IMG/VR virus record: IMGVR_UViG_3300034170_000057
Strand: one strand, 5' to 3'
Length of the DNA: 64,000 nt
From: a virus
Lineage: Duplodnaviria; Caudoviricetes
The notes under the pieces: generated by a model
What the model was told of the DNA's origin: nothing
What the model saw: only the letters and a program-made list of their open reading frames with translations
The model's database searches: none
Made by a program: the position numbers and the translations under genes
Shown here: positions 1-8,058 of the stretch, in pieces
Layout of the letters: every line of letters starts with the position of its first letter
How positions within the stretch are numbered: position 1 is the first letter of the stretch

Positions 1-2
1 CG

Positions 3-209
3 AGTAAGCGCGCGTTTCTCACGGAAGCCACGACGTTCGGTTTGGATGAAAAATGTGATAGCGGAAAAGTCAGCGCTGAAATAGCTGCAATGCTGACGCA
101 ATTCCACTTCGGACCTGCACCGAAAGCGAAGCGCGCCAAAAAGCCTGCTGCCACAAAGGTTCCCGTGAAATTGCTCAAATCAAATACTGTAAAATCTAAT
201 AAGAAGTAA
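3..209 (+). CDS. 3' end of a hypothetical protein with a Lys/Ala/Pro-rich tail (partial, runs off the left edge)
   Basis: Frame 3 is open from base 3 to TAA at 207-209: ...FGPAPKAKRAKKPAATKVPVKLLKSNTVKSNKK*. Not in the ORF track. Confidence 0.6.
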   Translation, partial: SKRAFLTEATTFGLDEKCDSGKVSAEIAAMLTQFHFGPAPKAKRAKKPAATKVPVKLLKSNTVKSNKK

Positions 210-231
210 AACATTTCTTAGGAACCGCATC

Positions 232-858
232 ATGCTTGAGGTCAGTATCTTTGATAGACCGTTTGTAAACTCGTGCCGCGCTATTGCCGATGGTTTTTGC
301 CTTCACGATAACAGTCTCTACTATTTTGAAAACGGCACCGCAATCGGCTTTAATGAAAAGCGCCCCGGCACGACGCAGACCGATCAAGGGTACTGGCGTT
401 ACACTGGTGTGCGGGCATTAGGCGCCAAGGCCGCGAAAGTGGAATTGGATAAGGTCAATGCACAAAGCAAATTGATCAACTATGTGCGCAACAATTTCGA
501 TACCTACGTTGAGTCCGTAATGATCAGCGGTGATACCAGTGATATCTGGAAAAAGGTATTGGTATTGGTTGCGAATGATCGTGTGTACGTTCAATTCCCG
601 GACGTGCGCGGGCGTATCAGCCTGAAAGATCCGATCCTGCGTTTGCATACGAAAATGCAGCCGCTACCGATTACGGTCATGCCCGAGCTGATTGAAAAGC
701 TAATGGGGATTTGTGAAGCAGCAGATTTGCCGCTCGACTTTGACCCTGTGGAAGTAATCTGCAATGCGTATCGTGGAACCTGCAATTCCGGCCAGCATAT
801 TGCGGCCCACGGGTACGCGATGGTTCTCCTACTGCAAAACAAAATTCAAGGTATGTAA
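232..858 (+). CDS. hypothetical protein, 208 aa
   Basis: ORF track; fits the + strand gene chain and follows a motif-A site at 185. Confidence 0.7.
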   Translation: MLEVSIFDRPFVNSCRAIADGFCLHDNSLYYFENGTAIGFNEKRPGTTQTDQGYWRYTGVRALGAKAAKVELDKVNAQSKLINYVRNNFDTYVESVMISGDTSDIWKKVLVLVANDRVYVQFPDVRGRISLKDPILRLHTKMQPLPITVMPELIEKLMGICEAADLPLDFDPVEVICNAYRGTCNSGQHIAAHGYAMVLLLQNKIQGM

Positions 859-861
859 AAC

Positions 862-1551
862 GTGACCTATTCCGAATCGCAAGTAAACGATTTCCTAGAG
901 CAGTTGCTGGCCCTGCGTAGTAGTGGGCCGGTCTACAATCCGCACGTGAAAAACGGCCAGCTTCGTTACCGTTCGTGCATTCCCGGCAAACATCAAATCG
1001 TCGATCATCACAACGGCACCTACAACGTCACCGCCAGCGACGACACGGTTATGGTTGGCGTGCATGTTACGACCGGCGAAACCAAACTGTTTTATCCGCA
1101 TGAACTGGGCCACCTGAATATCATCGACAAGCCTGTGCAGGAAGTCAGCCCTTCGACGATTGATACCCATTCGAAATGGCTCCAGCATTACGCAGCCACC
1201 AACGTGCTGCCGGGCCTCGGTGGTATTTATTCCCACCACACAAACCATTTCCCGTATTTGGTTTTGGGCTACGCAAACGAAAGCGCACGCGACAGCAAAC
1301 GCGACGACTACCCGATCATCGTTGTGTACGTCGGCCAGAACGGAAAAGTTTGGGCGAAAACGTTGGATAACTTCAACGCAACCATGAATCCGGGCGGCAA
1401 TTTCCAGTTCGCAAATGACGCCGGGTTTAAATACTTGGGCGTTATCGAAAACAACCAAATCGCCAATGGCTGGATGACCAAGGAATTGGAAGCCGCCGTC
1501 AAAGAAGCCACGACCTCCAAGGACTCGGACAATGACCAGCAAAACGACTGA
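862..1551 (+). CDS. hypothetical protein with a C-terminal DUF1653-like domain
   Basis: GGIYSHH...YLVLGYANE...IVVYVGQNGKVWAKTLDNF matches the DUF1653 pattern G.Y.H.K...Y.V...A...E...VVY....G.VW.R...F. Confidence 0.55.
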   Translation: MTYSESQVNDFLEQLLALRSSGPVYNPHVKNGQLRYRSCIPGKHQIVDHHNGTYNVTASDDTVMVGVHVTTGETKLFYPHELGHLNIIDKPVQEVSPSTIDTHSKWLQHYAATNVLPGLGGIYSHHTNHFPYLVLGYANESARDSKRDDYPIIVVYVGQNGKVWAKTLDNFNATMNPGGNFQFANDAGFKYLGVIENNQIANGWMTKELEAAVKEATTSKDSDNDQQND

Positions 1552-2083
1552 TGTTTTCTATTCGTACCGTTACCGTTCGTGGGACTCCAATGTCTACTAC
1601 GGCAACGGCAGCCGGGAATTCTCCGACGTTCAAATACAAAGCGGCTGGGGCGAGTGGGAAACCATCGACGAAAAGAAATATAACGAAATCCTGACGTACC
1701 TCGAAGGTAAACATCCTTCGCATTATCAGGTACAGCGTCTCCAGTGCGAAATCCACGACAATGCCGCATTCGATCCGCGCCAGTGGATTGCAAAACAGTA
1801 TGCCGATCAGGATCGCGACCGTAAGCACTTGAAGGGGCAATCGCGTACACCGGTTTATCTGGTCAAGCGTCCGGAACCAGACGGCGGCGTTAGCCCGTGG
1901 CTGATGCTCACTGCAAAGGAATACGAAAACATTTCGCATCACAATTATAAAGATGCGAACGTGATCGAAACCCTTGTGGGCCAAGCGCACTACGGCACGA
2001 TCAGTGAATACCAGTACAACGGCACAACGCAAGCTGCGTTTGAATTCCACCCTGATTTCGCACACATGGAACCGAAGTCATGA
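1532..2083 (+). CDS. hypothetical protein, 183 aa
   Basis: ORF track; overlaps its neighbours in the co-directional chain. Confidence 0.65.
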   Translation: MTSKTTDVFYSYRYRSWDSNVYYGNGSREFSDVQIQSGWGEWETIDEKKYNEILTYLEGKHPSHYQVQRLQCEIHDNAAFDPRQWIAKQYADQDRDRKHLKGQSRTPVYLVKRPEPDGGVSPWLMLTAKEYENISHHNYKDANVIETLVGQAHYGTISEYQYNGTTQAAFEFHPDFAHMEPKS

Positions 2084-2403
2084 GTAAACCACTGCCACCC
2101 CTGAAAGTCTGGCGCAATTCGTATCAGGCACCCGGCAAAGAACCAACGTTTAGCGGTGGTTGGGTCATGGGCGACGATTGGCGCAAAAAGAAATGGTCTG
2201 GCCGGGATACGGTTATCGAATGCCGCACAATTCCCGGCACGGCATTTCACAGCGCCTCGTTTGCAGGCGGTGACGTGTATTTGGAATCGCACAAATTGTC
2301 CACGCGGAAATCCTACGAAAGCGCACAGTTCTTTTATGCCCTGACGCAGGAACCGTATGACGGCCCGGTCAATTACAAAGAGCAGCCACGCGATGACGAC
2401 TAA
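2080..2403 (+). CDS. hypothetical protein, 107 aa
   Basis: ATGA overlap with the upstream gene. Confidence 0.65.
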   Translation: MSKPLPPLKVWRNSYQAPGKEPTFSGGWVMGDDWRKKKWSGRDTVIECRTIPGTAFHSASFAGGDVYLESHKLSTRKSYESAQFFYALTQEPYDGPVNYKEQPRDDD

Positions 2404-2692
2404 TACTCTGATCAAATTGCTCGACGCGGATTCTGGCGTACTGACGCAGTATGGTTTTAAGTCCGTAGCGGTCTACACCGATTCGAAAGACATTGAATTT
2501 ATGTTCAAGCATAAAGACTTGAAACCTTTCGATTTGGTGCCGACGCACAACGAAGTTTTGAGTAGTGACCAGTTCGGCCACCGTCTCACTATCACCGATA
2601 TGGCAGACGGCTCGCAGCTGTTTTCTATCAGTGAAGAGCGCGACGAAAAGTGGTTCAATATTCACAAGGCAAAGCACTGGTTAATGCCATGA
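2393..2692 (+). CDS. hypothetical protein (start re-called to ATG 2393)
   Basis: In-frame ATG near the upstream stop. Confidence 0.6.
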   Translation: MTTNTLIKLLDADSGVLTQYGFKSVAVYTDSKDIEFMFKHKDLKPFDLVPTHNEVLSSDQFGHRLTITDMADGSQLFSISEERDEKWFNIHKAKHWLMP

Positions 2693-2901
2693 CAGAAATT
2701 CTACAACCTGCGCACCCGGATATTGTTCGGTTGCTGGATAAAACGCGTGGCAAAATGCCGACTCACGTCAACCTGATCGACAGTGAGTTTTACGGCTTCC
2801 CAATTATTTTAAAAGACGTGCAAGGCACCAGTGTTTACGCTATCGGTGAATCGGTAGATATGCAGTGGGTTATGCACCAACAGGAGACAGTAAATGTCTG
2901 A
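2689..2901 (+). CDS. hypothetical protein (start re-called to ATG 2689)
   Basis: ATGA overlap with the upstream stop at 2690-2692. Confidence 0.6.
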   Translation: MTEILQPAHPDIVRLLDKTRGKMPTHVNLIDSEFYGFPIILKDVQGTSVYAIGESVDMQWVMHQQETVNV

Positions 2902-4141
2902 TGACATGAAGAAAAAGAAAAAGAAAGTTGCTACGGAAGACGTGGCACCGAAAAAGAAAAAGAAAAAAGTAGTGGCCGAGGAAGAAACGACCACGAAAAA
3001 GAAAAAGAAAAAGGGTTTGGTAGCAAGCAAGGGCCTCGACCTCAAGCCGAAGAAAAAAGTCATGAAAGACTTGGGCCGTGATGTGTCGGGTACGCTCGCT
3101 GGCGACGACAAGCCGAAGAAAAAGAAAAAGGAAGTGGCGGCCCCTGAAATCACCCGCGTGCAACTTCCGGTCGAACAGGACGATTACATCATTGTCCAAG
3201 TCGGCAAGAAAAATAAACTGGTGTTCGCGCATAGCCCGAAACGCAACACAGGCTATCTGGAAGAGTCGCTGAATACCGATGAGCCCGTAGCCATTGAGTA
3301 CGACGGCAATACCCTGATCGCCAACCTCGGCAAAGATCCAAAGCCGGGTAAAGTTTTCGGCGTGGAAATCATGCCGCACCTCGGTGAAATCGACACGCCG
3401 ATTGGCCCTATGCACTTCTACCGTAAAGTGACCGACGCCGAGAAAGAAGCGCTCCGTATCGGTATCAAAAAAGCGCACAAGAAAATCGCTGATATTGATT
3501 TGGAAAAAGTCTTCCCGATCAGCCGTATCGAAGTACACAACCCGAAAGGTAAGTGGGCAGGCACCTACAGCGTCAACTTCAAGTCGGGCGAAGCGGTTGA
3601 CCTGATCAAACTCTTCCCGAAAATTCTGGAAGATCAAATCTACAACCAATACGTCATGGTTCACGAAATCGGCCACGGCATTTGGTATCGCTTCGTGCCT
3701 GAAAAGATCCGTGCGTTGTGGCTGGAACAGTACAACACAATGACCAAAGTCTCCAAGGCGAAAAAAGCCGATATGGAATCGTTGTGTCAGTCGCTGGTCA
3801 ATTCTCAAATGAGCATTCGCGAATTCCAACGCGACCTCGAAGAGGATGAACTGGCCCTGTTCAAAGAGGCGCTTTCGTACCTGAAGAAAGTTCACAAAAT
3901 GTCGCCAGAAGACGCGAACGTTCTGTTGAACCAAAACAGCAAAGTGCTGGCTGAAATCTGGCCGACTACCGCTTCGTTCTCCAACACGGATTCCGTGACG
4001 GCGCTCATGGGCGAATACGCGGGCACCAACGTACAGGAAATGTTCGCTGAAGCCTTCGCGCTTTCGCTGACCGGGAAACAAATCCCGAAAACTGTTCAGA
4101 AACTTCTGGATAAAACTCTCAAGGCGGCAATTGCCGAATAA
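2894..4141 (+). CDS. zincin-like metallopeptidase (HExxH) with a poly-Lys N-terminal extension
   Basis: VMVHEIGHGIW zinc motif plus downstream EYAGTNVQEMFAEAFA (third-ligand region typical of lethal-factor-like zincins). The first ~75 aa carry four K5-K8 runs. Confidence 0.7.
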   Translation: MSDDMKKKKKKVATEDVAPKKKKKKVVAEEETTTKKKKKKGLVASKGLDLKPKKKVMKDLGRDVSGTLAGDDKPKKKKKEVAAPEITRVQLPVEQDDYIIVQVGKKNKLVFAHSPKRNTGYLEESLNTDEPVAIEYDGNTLIANLGKDPKPGKVFGVEIMPHLGEIDTPIGPMHFYRKVTDAEKEALRIGIKKAHKKIADIDLEKVFPISRIEVHNPKGKWAGTYSVNFKSGEAVDLIKLFPKILEDQIYNQYVMVHEIGHGIWYRFVPEKIRALWLEQYNTMTKVSKAKKADMESLCQSLVNSQMSIREFQRDLEEDELALFKEALSYLKKVHKMSPEDANVLLNQNSKVLAEIWPTTASFSNTDSVTALMGEYAGTNVQEMFAEAFALSLTGKQIPKTVQKLLDKTLKAAIAE

Positions 4142-4150
4142 GGTTGAGAA

Positions 4151-4405
4151 ATGGATACCGAAAACGCGATGTTTTTCGGTGGGCCAGCGGACGGCGAGTG
4201 GCGGGAAGTTTTGAGTGAGGCGCCGCAGGTATTGGTGCGCAATGAATTCACAGCTGACCCCGATCCACTCGCCCAAAACGCGTGGGTCTACAAACGGCAC
4301 TTGCTGAAAGGGCCTAATGGTCGGGATTATCCGATCTACTGCACAGGCGCAATTGATCCGATCTACGCGATGTTTAAATCCTATCCTGTAGGTAAAAATA
4401 AATGA
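4151..4405 (+). CDS. hypothetical protein with an N-terminal FGGPADG motif
   Basis: ORF track; upstream GAGA; GGPxDG is common in small phage proteins. Confidence 0.6.
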   Translation: MDTENAMFFGGPADGEWREVLSEAPQVLVRNEFTADPDPLAQNAWVYKRHLLKGPNGRDYPIYCTGAIDPIYAMFKSYPVGKNK

Positions 4406-4656
4406 CGGCCTACCAATGGTTTGAAGTTCTTTACCAGCCGGTGGCTGCTGTACTTTTGTTCTTCGCGTTTACGACGGTTATCTACTGGCCTTCGCCACCA
4501 CCAAGGCAAACAAAGACGGCCAAGAAAAAGAAGAGCCGACGCCAGCGTAAAATGGAGCGTGAGATTTTCCGTCGTGCGATTGATGCGGGGGCATCGGACC
4601 ACGAAGCACGGAAAGCCGTTAGCCTGTACGTGGCACGCAGGCCCAAGATACTGTAA
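4402..4656 (+). CDS. small membrane protein with a basic C-terminal part
   Basis: Hydrophobic VAAVLLFFAFTTVIYW followed by KKKKSRRQRK; ATGA overlap. Confidence 0.6.
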   Translation: MTAYQWFEVLYQPVAAVLLFFAFTTVIYWPSPPPRQTKTAKKKKSRRQRKMEREIFRRAIDAGASDHEARKAVSLYVARRPKIL

Positions 4657-4659
4657 ATA
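4649..4659 (+). promoter_or_regulatory. motif A TACTGTAAATA upstream of the clamp loader
   Basis: One of five exact copies; ends 31 nt before the ATG. Confidence 0.6.
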
Positions 4660-4690
4660 TAACCTATACCCTCTGACTAAAGGCCGTGAC

Positions 4691-5878
4691 ATGGCAACCG
4701 ATAAAGTGAAGAAAAAGAAAACATTCAAATCCGATACCGAAGAGAATGTGAAAAAGGCCAAGAAGAAAACCAGCGAAAAGTCTGGTGAAAAGCTGACGCT
4801 GGAAACTTCGCAATTGGCGAACCTGTACCGCCCGCACAAGCTGGAAGACGTGGTGGGCCAAGACCACGTGCTGTCTGCAATCGAGGGCATGTTCAAACGT
4901 CAAAAGGTTCCGTCGTCGCTGATGTTTAGCGGCCAATACGGTTGCGGTAAAACAACGTTCGCTCTGATTTTCAGTCGGCAAGTGAACTGCGAAAAACTGA
5001 ACCTGTGTGGCAAGTGCTTTAGCTGCAAATTCAGCAAGCACCCGGACGTTTCCTATTACGATTGCGCGGTCGATGGTTCGATTGCCAGTATCCGGAATTT
5101 GATTTCGGCTGCGAACAATGCCCCGGCTACCCGTAAGCGCGTTCTGATCCTCGACGAAGTACACGCCCTGCGCGGCCCGTCTGAAAAGGCGCTGCTGACC
5201 GCAACTGAAAACCCATCACCGAATACAATCTGGATTTTGTGTACCACGAATCCGGAAGCTGTCCACAAAACGTTGGTCAGCCGTTGCACGCATTTTCGTC
5301 TCAAGCAAATCGACATTCCGACGCTGGTTGATCGGATGAAAGTGATCGCTGAAGCGGAAGGCCAGAAGATCAAAAAGGACGCTGTAAAAGCGTTGACCAC
5401 AATTGCAGAATCCAGTAACGGCTCTATGCGTGAAGCAGTGTCGAAGCTGGATATTTTTCTTTCTATCCTCGCTTCGGGCAAGAAATATAATCCAGACGAC
5501 CTTAGTTCGTTCGTGGATATCGAAGCAGATTTGGACGAAACCTCTGCGCACTTCTTGGCTGCTGTATTCCAGCGCGATTACGTCAAGATGGTGCAGGCTG
5601 CCAAGGTGTGTGGTGGCGTGCGTGGCCTGCTGAATAAAACCCGCTGGCTGATCGAATACCGCATTGGCATTCACACCGGCATGAACAAGTACGCGCCGTA
5701 TAACGGCAAGCTGTTCGACGCACTGGCAAAGCAGCACAAAATCAAAACCGGTATCAAGGGTTTGGTTCAACTGCAAAATTTGCTGTGTGAAATCGAACTT
5801 AAACTGAACACCGCGACCCTTGATGAAACGGTTGTGTTCTATTCCGGCGTTGGTGCATTTTTATCCGAGAATGAGTGA
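4691..5878 (+). CDS. dnaX: clamp loader AAA+ subunit, DNA polymerase III gamma/tau (DnaX)-like; start re-called to 4691 (395 aa)
   Basis: YRPHKLEDVVGQDHV, Walker A GQYGCGKTT, Cys cluster NCEKLNLCGKCFSC, Walker B ILDEVHAL, SRC motif, GSMREA sensor II. Confidence 0.9.
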   Translation: MATDKVKKKKTFKSDTEENVKKAKKKTSEKSGEKLTLETSQLANLYRPHKLEDVVGQDHVLSAIEGMFKRQKVPSSLMFSGQYGCGKTTFALIFSRQVNCEKLNLCGKCFSCKFSKHPDVSYYDCAVDGSIASIRNLISAANNAPATRKRVLILDEVHALRGPSEKALLTATENPSPNTIWILCTTNPEAVHKTLVSRCTHFRLKQIDIPTLVDRMKVIAEAEGQKIKKDAVKALTTIAESSNGSMREAVSKLDIFLSILASGKKYNPDDLSSFVDIEADLDETSAHFLAAVFQRDYVKMVQAAKVCGGVRGLLNKTRWLIEYRIGIHTGMNKYAPYNGKLFDALAKQHKIKTGIKGLVQLQNLLCEIELKLNTATLDETVVFYSGVGAFLSENE

Positions 5879-8058
5879 TGACAGACCTGTCCGCAAATGA
5901 GGTAGAACTGCTGTACGCAATCAAGAATGATCAAGGACGCACCCTGACATTTTACGGGGATGAACTGCGTAAGCACCATACCCAACTGGGGCGGGCACTT
6001 GAACGTCTGAAACTCGTAGGTTATGTGCGGGCGACTGAAAATAATCGCCTGTTCATTTCTGATGCTTTCCAACAGCGTCAAAAGGCCGAACCGGAACCGG
6101 AATCTATCGAAGAAACCGAGGAAGAACTGGCGCCGCTTGTTGACGTACCTGAAGACCAACCGGTTTTGAAAAAAGAACCGGAAACTTCACCCGTTTATGA
6201 GGCTGGTATGAAAGTCACGCCTGAAATGATCGCAGAATATATGGCCGATGGTGTTGACCGTACCGCCGCCGTAATCGCGCAGCACTTCGGCCACGCCAAA
6301 GGCACTACGCTGATCAATCCGCTGCGTAGGCTGGTTACTGACGGCACGCTGGTGAAAACTGGCACCGTTTATTCGCTTCCTGCCTCGATGATTGTCACCG
6401 TTGCGGAAGTTGAAGCTATTGCGGAAATCGCGAAAGAAGTCGAGCCCGCAGCTGAAGCCGAGGTCGAGGAAACTGACGACGAACTGGCGGCCAGACTGAT
6501 TGCGGTTCTGGAAAAGGACATACCAGCAGTTGAACCAGCTGCCGAAGAAATTCCTGCGCGGATGGTGGAATACCACAACGAAACATTGGCCGAAGACCGC
6601 GAAGCCGCCAAGGCTCATGCAGAAAAACCACGCGGCAATCTGCCTACGCTTTTCAATGGCGAACTTCAGAATCACATTCTGAAAAAGCGAGATAGTTTCA
6701 CCGCTGCTGAAGTCATGCTGGATTTCGCAGAAACGCACTACATCGACAAAGAACGCTTTATGGAAATCTTTGAAGACGTGGTAGGTAGCGGCGACCTGCT
6801 GTGCTGGGATGGCGCCGAGTTTATCGACCCTACGCTGGAATACGTGCCGGGTAGCCAGTACATTGTGTTGCGCAAAACCGATCCGACCGACGCAATCGGA
6901 ATCATGGATGAATATTGCGAAAACATCCATGAACCCTACAAACTTTTCGATATCGTAGAAACGACGCATATTCATCACGGCGATGTGCTGCGTTATTTGG
7001 CTGATTTCGATTACGACGTGACTGATCCGGAACACATCGTAAAAGGCCCGCACACGTCTGACGTTTCATACTCGCAAAAGACGGCGGTTAGCGCAGGCCC
7101 CCGCGCCGGGATGCATGCACCGAAGTCCGGAACTGGGCCGTGGCCGGTGACATTCAAATCGGATTTCCGCACAAAGGAATTTACTGCACGTCCTAAAGTG
7201 GATCGCGATGCACCGCTGATTAGCTACGCGATGATCGAAAGCCTCAAGCCTCAAGACATTACCGATTTCCTCGACGGTGGTGTGAAGCTCGAAGTTTTCA
7301 TCCGTAAATTTAATCTGCATCCAGACGACGAAGCGCATATCGTCGAAGTTTTGCTGCTGACCGGCGTTGCAGAACTTACTTCTGTTGAGGGTGTGGATTG
7401 GCTGTTTCTGAAAGGCTGCAATGCTGCACCGGCCAGCCCGAAAGAAGACCGGTTAATTACTGCGCGTGACCTCGATCCGACGTTGCCTGAAAATGGCCCG
7501 TCCGCTTTTGCGTTGCAGCAGAAAACTGGTGATATCGGTGACTTGTCCGCGCTGATGAAAGATGCTCTGCACAGCATCACCAGTTCTGAAGAGGATCGGT
7601 TGACCCGAGAGAAAATCGGCATACTGCGTAATCAAATTCTCGACGCATCTATTGGCGCACCGTCCACCATTTTCATGAGTCGCGAACTGGCGGAGGAACT
7701 GGGTGTTCCTATCACTGAATGCACTTGTGAACATCGCATTTTTGGTGATGAACTGCACGAAGACTTGTGCCCGGTTGCAGAACTGGAAAACGATTTGCTC
7801 GCTAAAGCCCCTTTGGAAAGCGGGGAACGCGGAAACACCGGTCCTACAGGCCCCGTCAACCACGATGGCCCTACAGGCCCCCAAGGGACGCCGGGTTATT
7901 ACTCTATGGGGATGTGTCACAAAGTATTCTGTAAAGATAAACAGCCGGACAAGCAATGGTCGCTGACCCTGAAAATGTTGGAAGAACGCCTGCGCTTTGA
8001 ATACCAAGGCAGCGCTGCTGACCAACTCCACGAAATCCGAAAATATCTGGAACCGTAA
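5875..8058 (+). CDS. 727-aa acidic protein with several winged-HTH-like segments and a short collagen-like Gly-X-Y stretch
   Basis: ORF track; TAAVIAQHFG...LRRLVTDGTLVKTG looks like a wHTH; GNTGPTGP...GPTGPQGTPG near the C-terminus. Confidence 0.6.
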   Translation: MMTDLSANEVELLYAIKNDQGRTLTFYGDELRKHHTQLGRALERLKLVGYVRATENNRLFISDAFQQRQKAEPEPESIEETEEELAPLVDVPEDQPVLKKEPETSPVYEAGMKVTPEMIAEYMADGVDRTAAVIAQHFGHAKGTTLINPLRRLVTDGTLVKTGTVYSLPASMIVTVAEVEAIAEIAKEVEPAAEAEVEETDDELAARLIAVLEKDIPAVEPAAEEIPARMVEYHNETLAEDREAAKAHAEKPRGNLPTLFNGELQNHILKKRDSFTAAEVMLDFAETHYIDKERFMEIFEDVVGSGDLLCWDGAEFIDPTLEYVPGSQYIVLRKTDPTDAIGIMDEYCENIHEPYKLFDIVETTHIHHGDVLRYLADFDYDVTDPEHIVKGPHTSDVSYSQKTAVSAGPRAGMHAPKSGTGPWPVTFKSDFRTKEFTARPKVDRDAPLISYAMIESLKPQDITDFLDGGVKLEVFIRKFNLHPDDEAHIVEVLLLTGVAELTSVEGVDWLFLKGCNAAPASPKEDRLITARDLDPTLPENGPSAFALQQKTGDIGDLSALMKDALHSITSSEEDRLTREKIGILRNQILDASIGAPSTIFMSRELAEELGVPITECTCEHRIFGDELHEDLCPVAELENDLLAKAPLESGERGNTGPTGPVNHDGPTGPQGTPGYYSMGMCHKVFCKDKQPDKQWSLTLKMLEERLRFEYQGSAADQLHEIRKYLEP

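Noticed and set aside
6220-6380. Z-alpha (Z-DNA-binding) domain resemblance in the 727-aa protein
   Set aside because: The diagnostic N..LY and P.W residues are missing; only a generic wHTH can be claimed.
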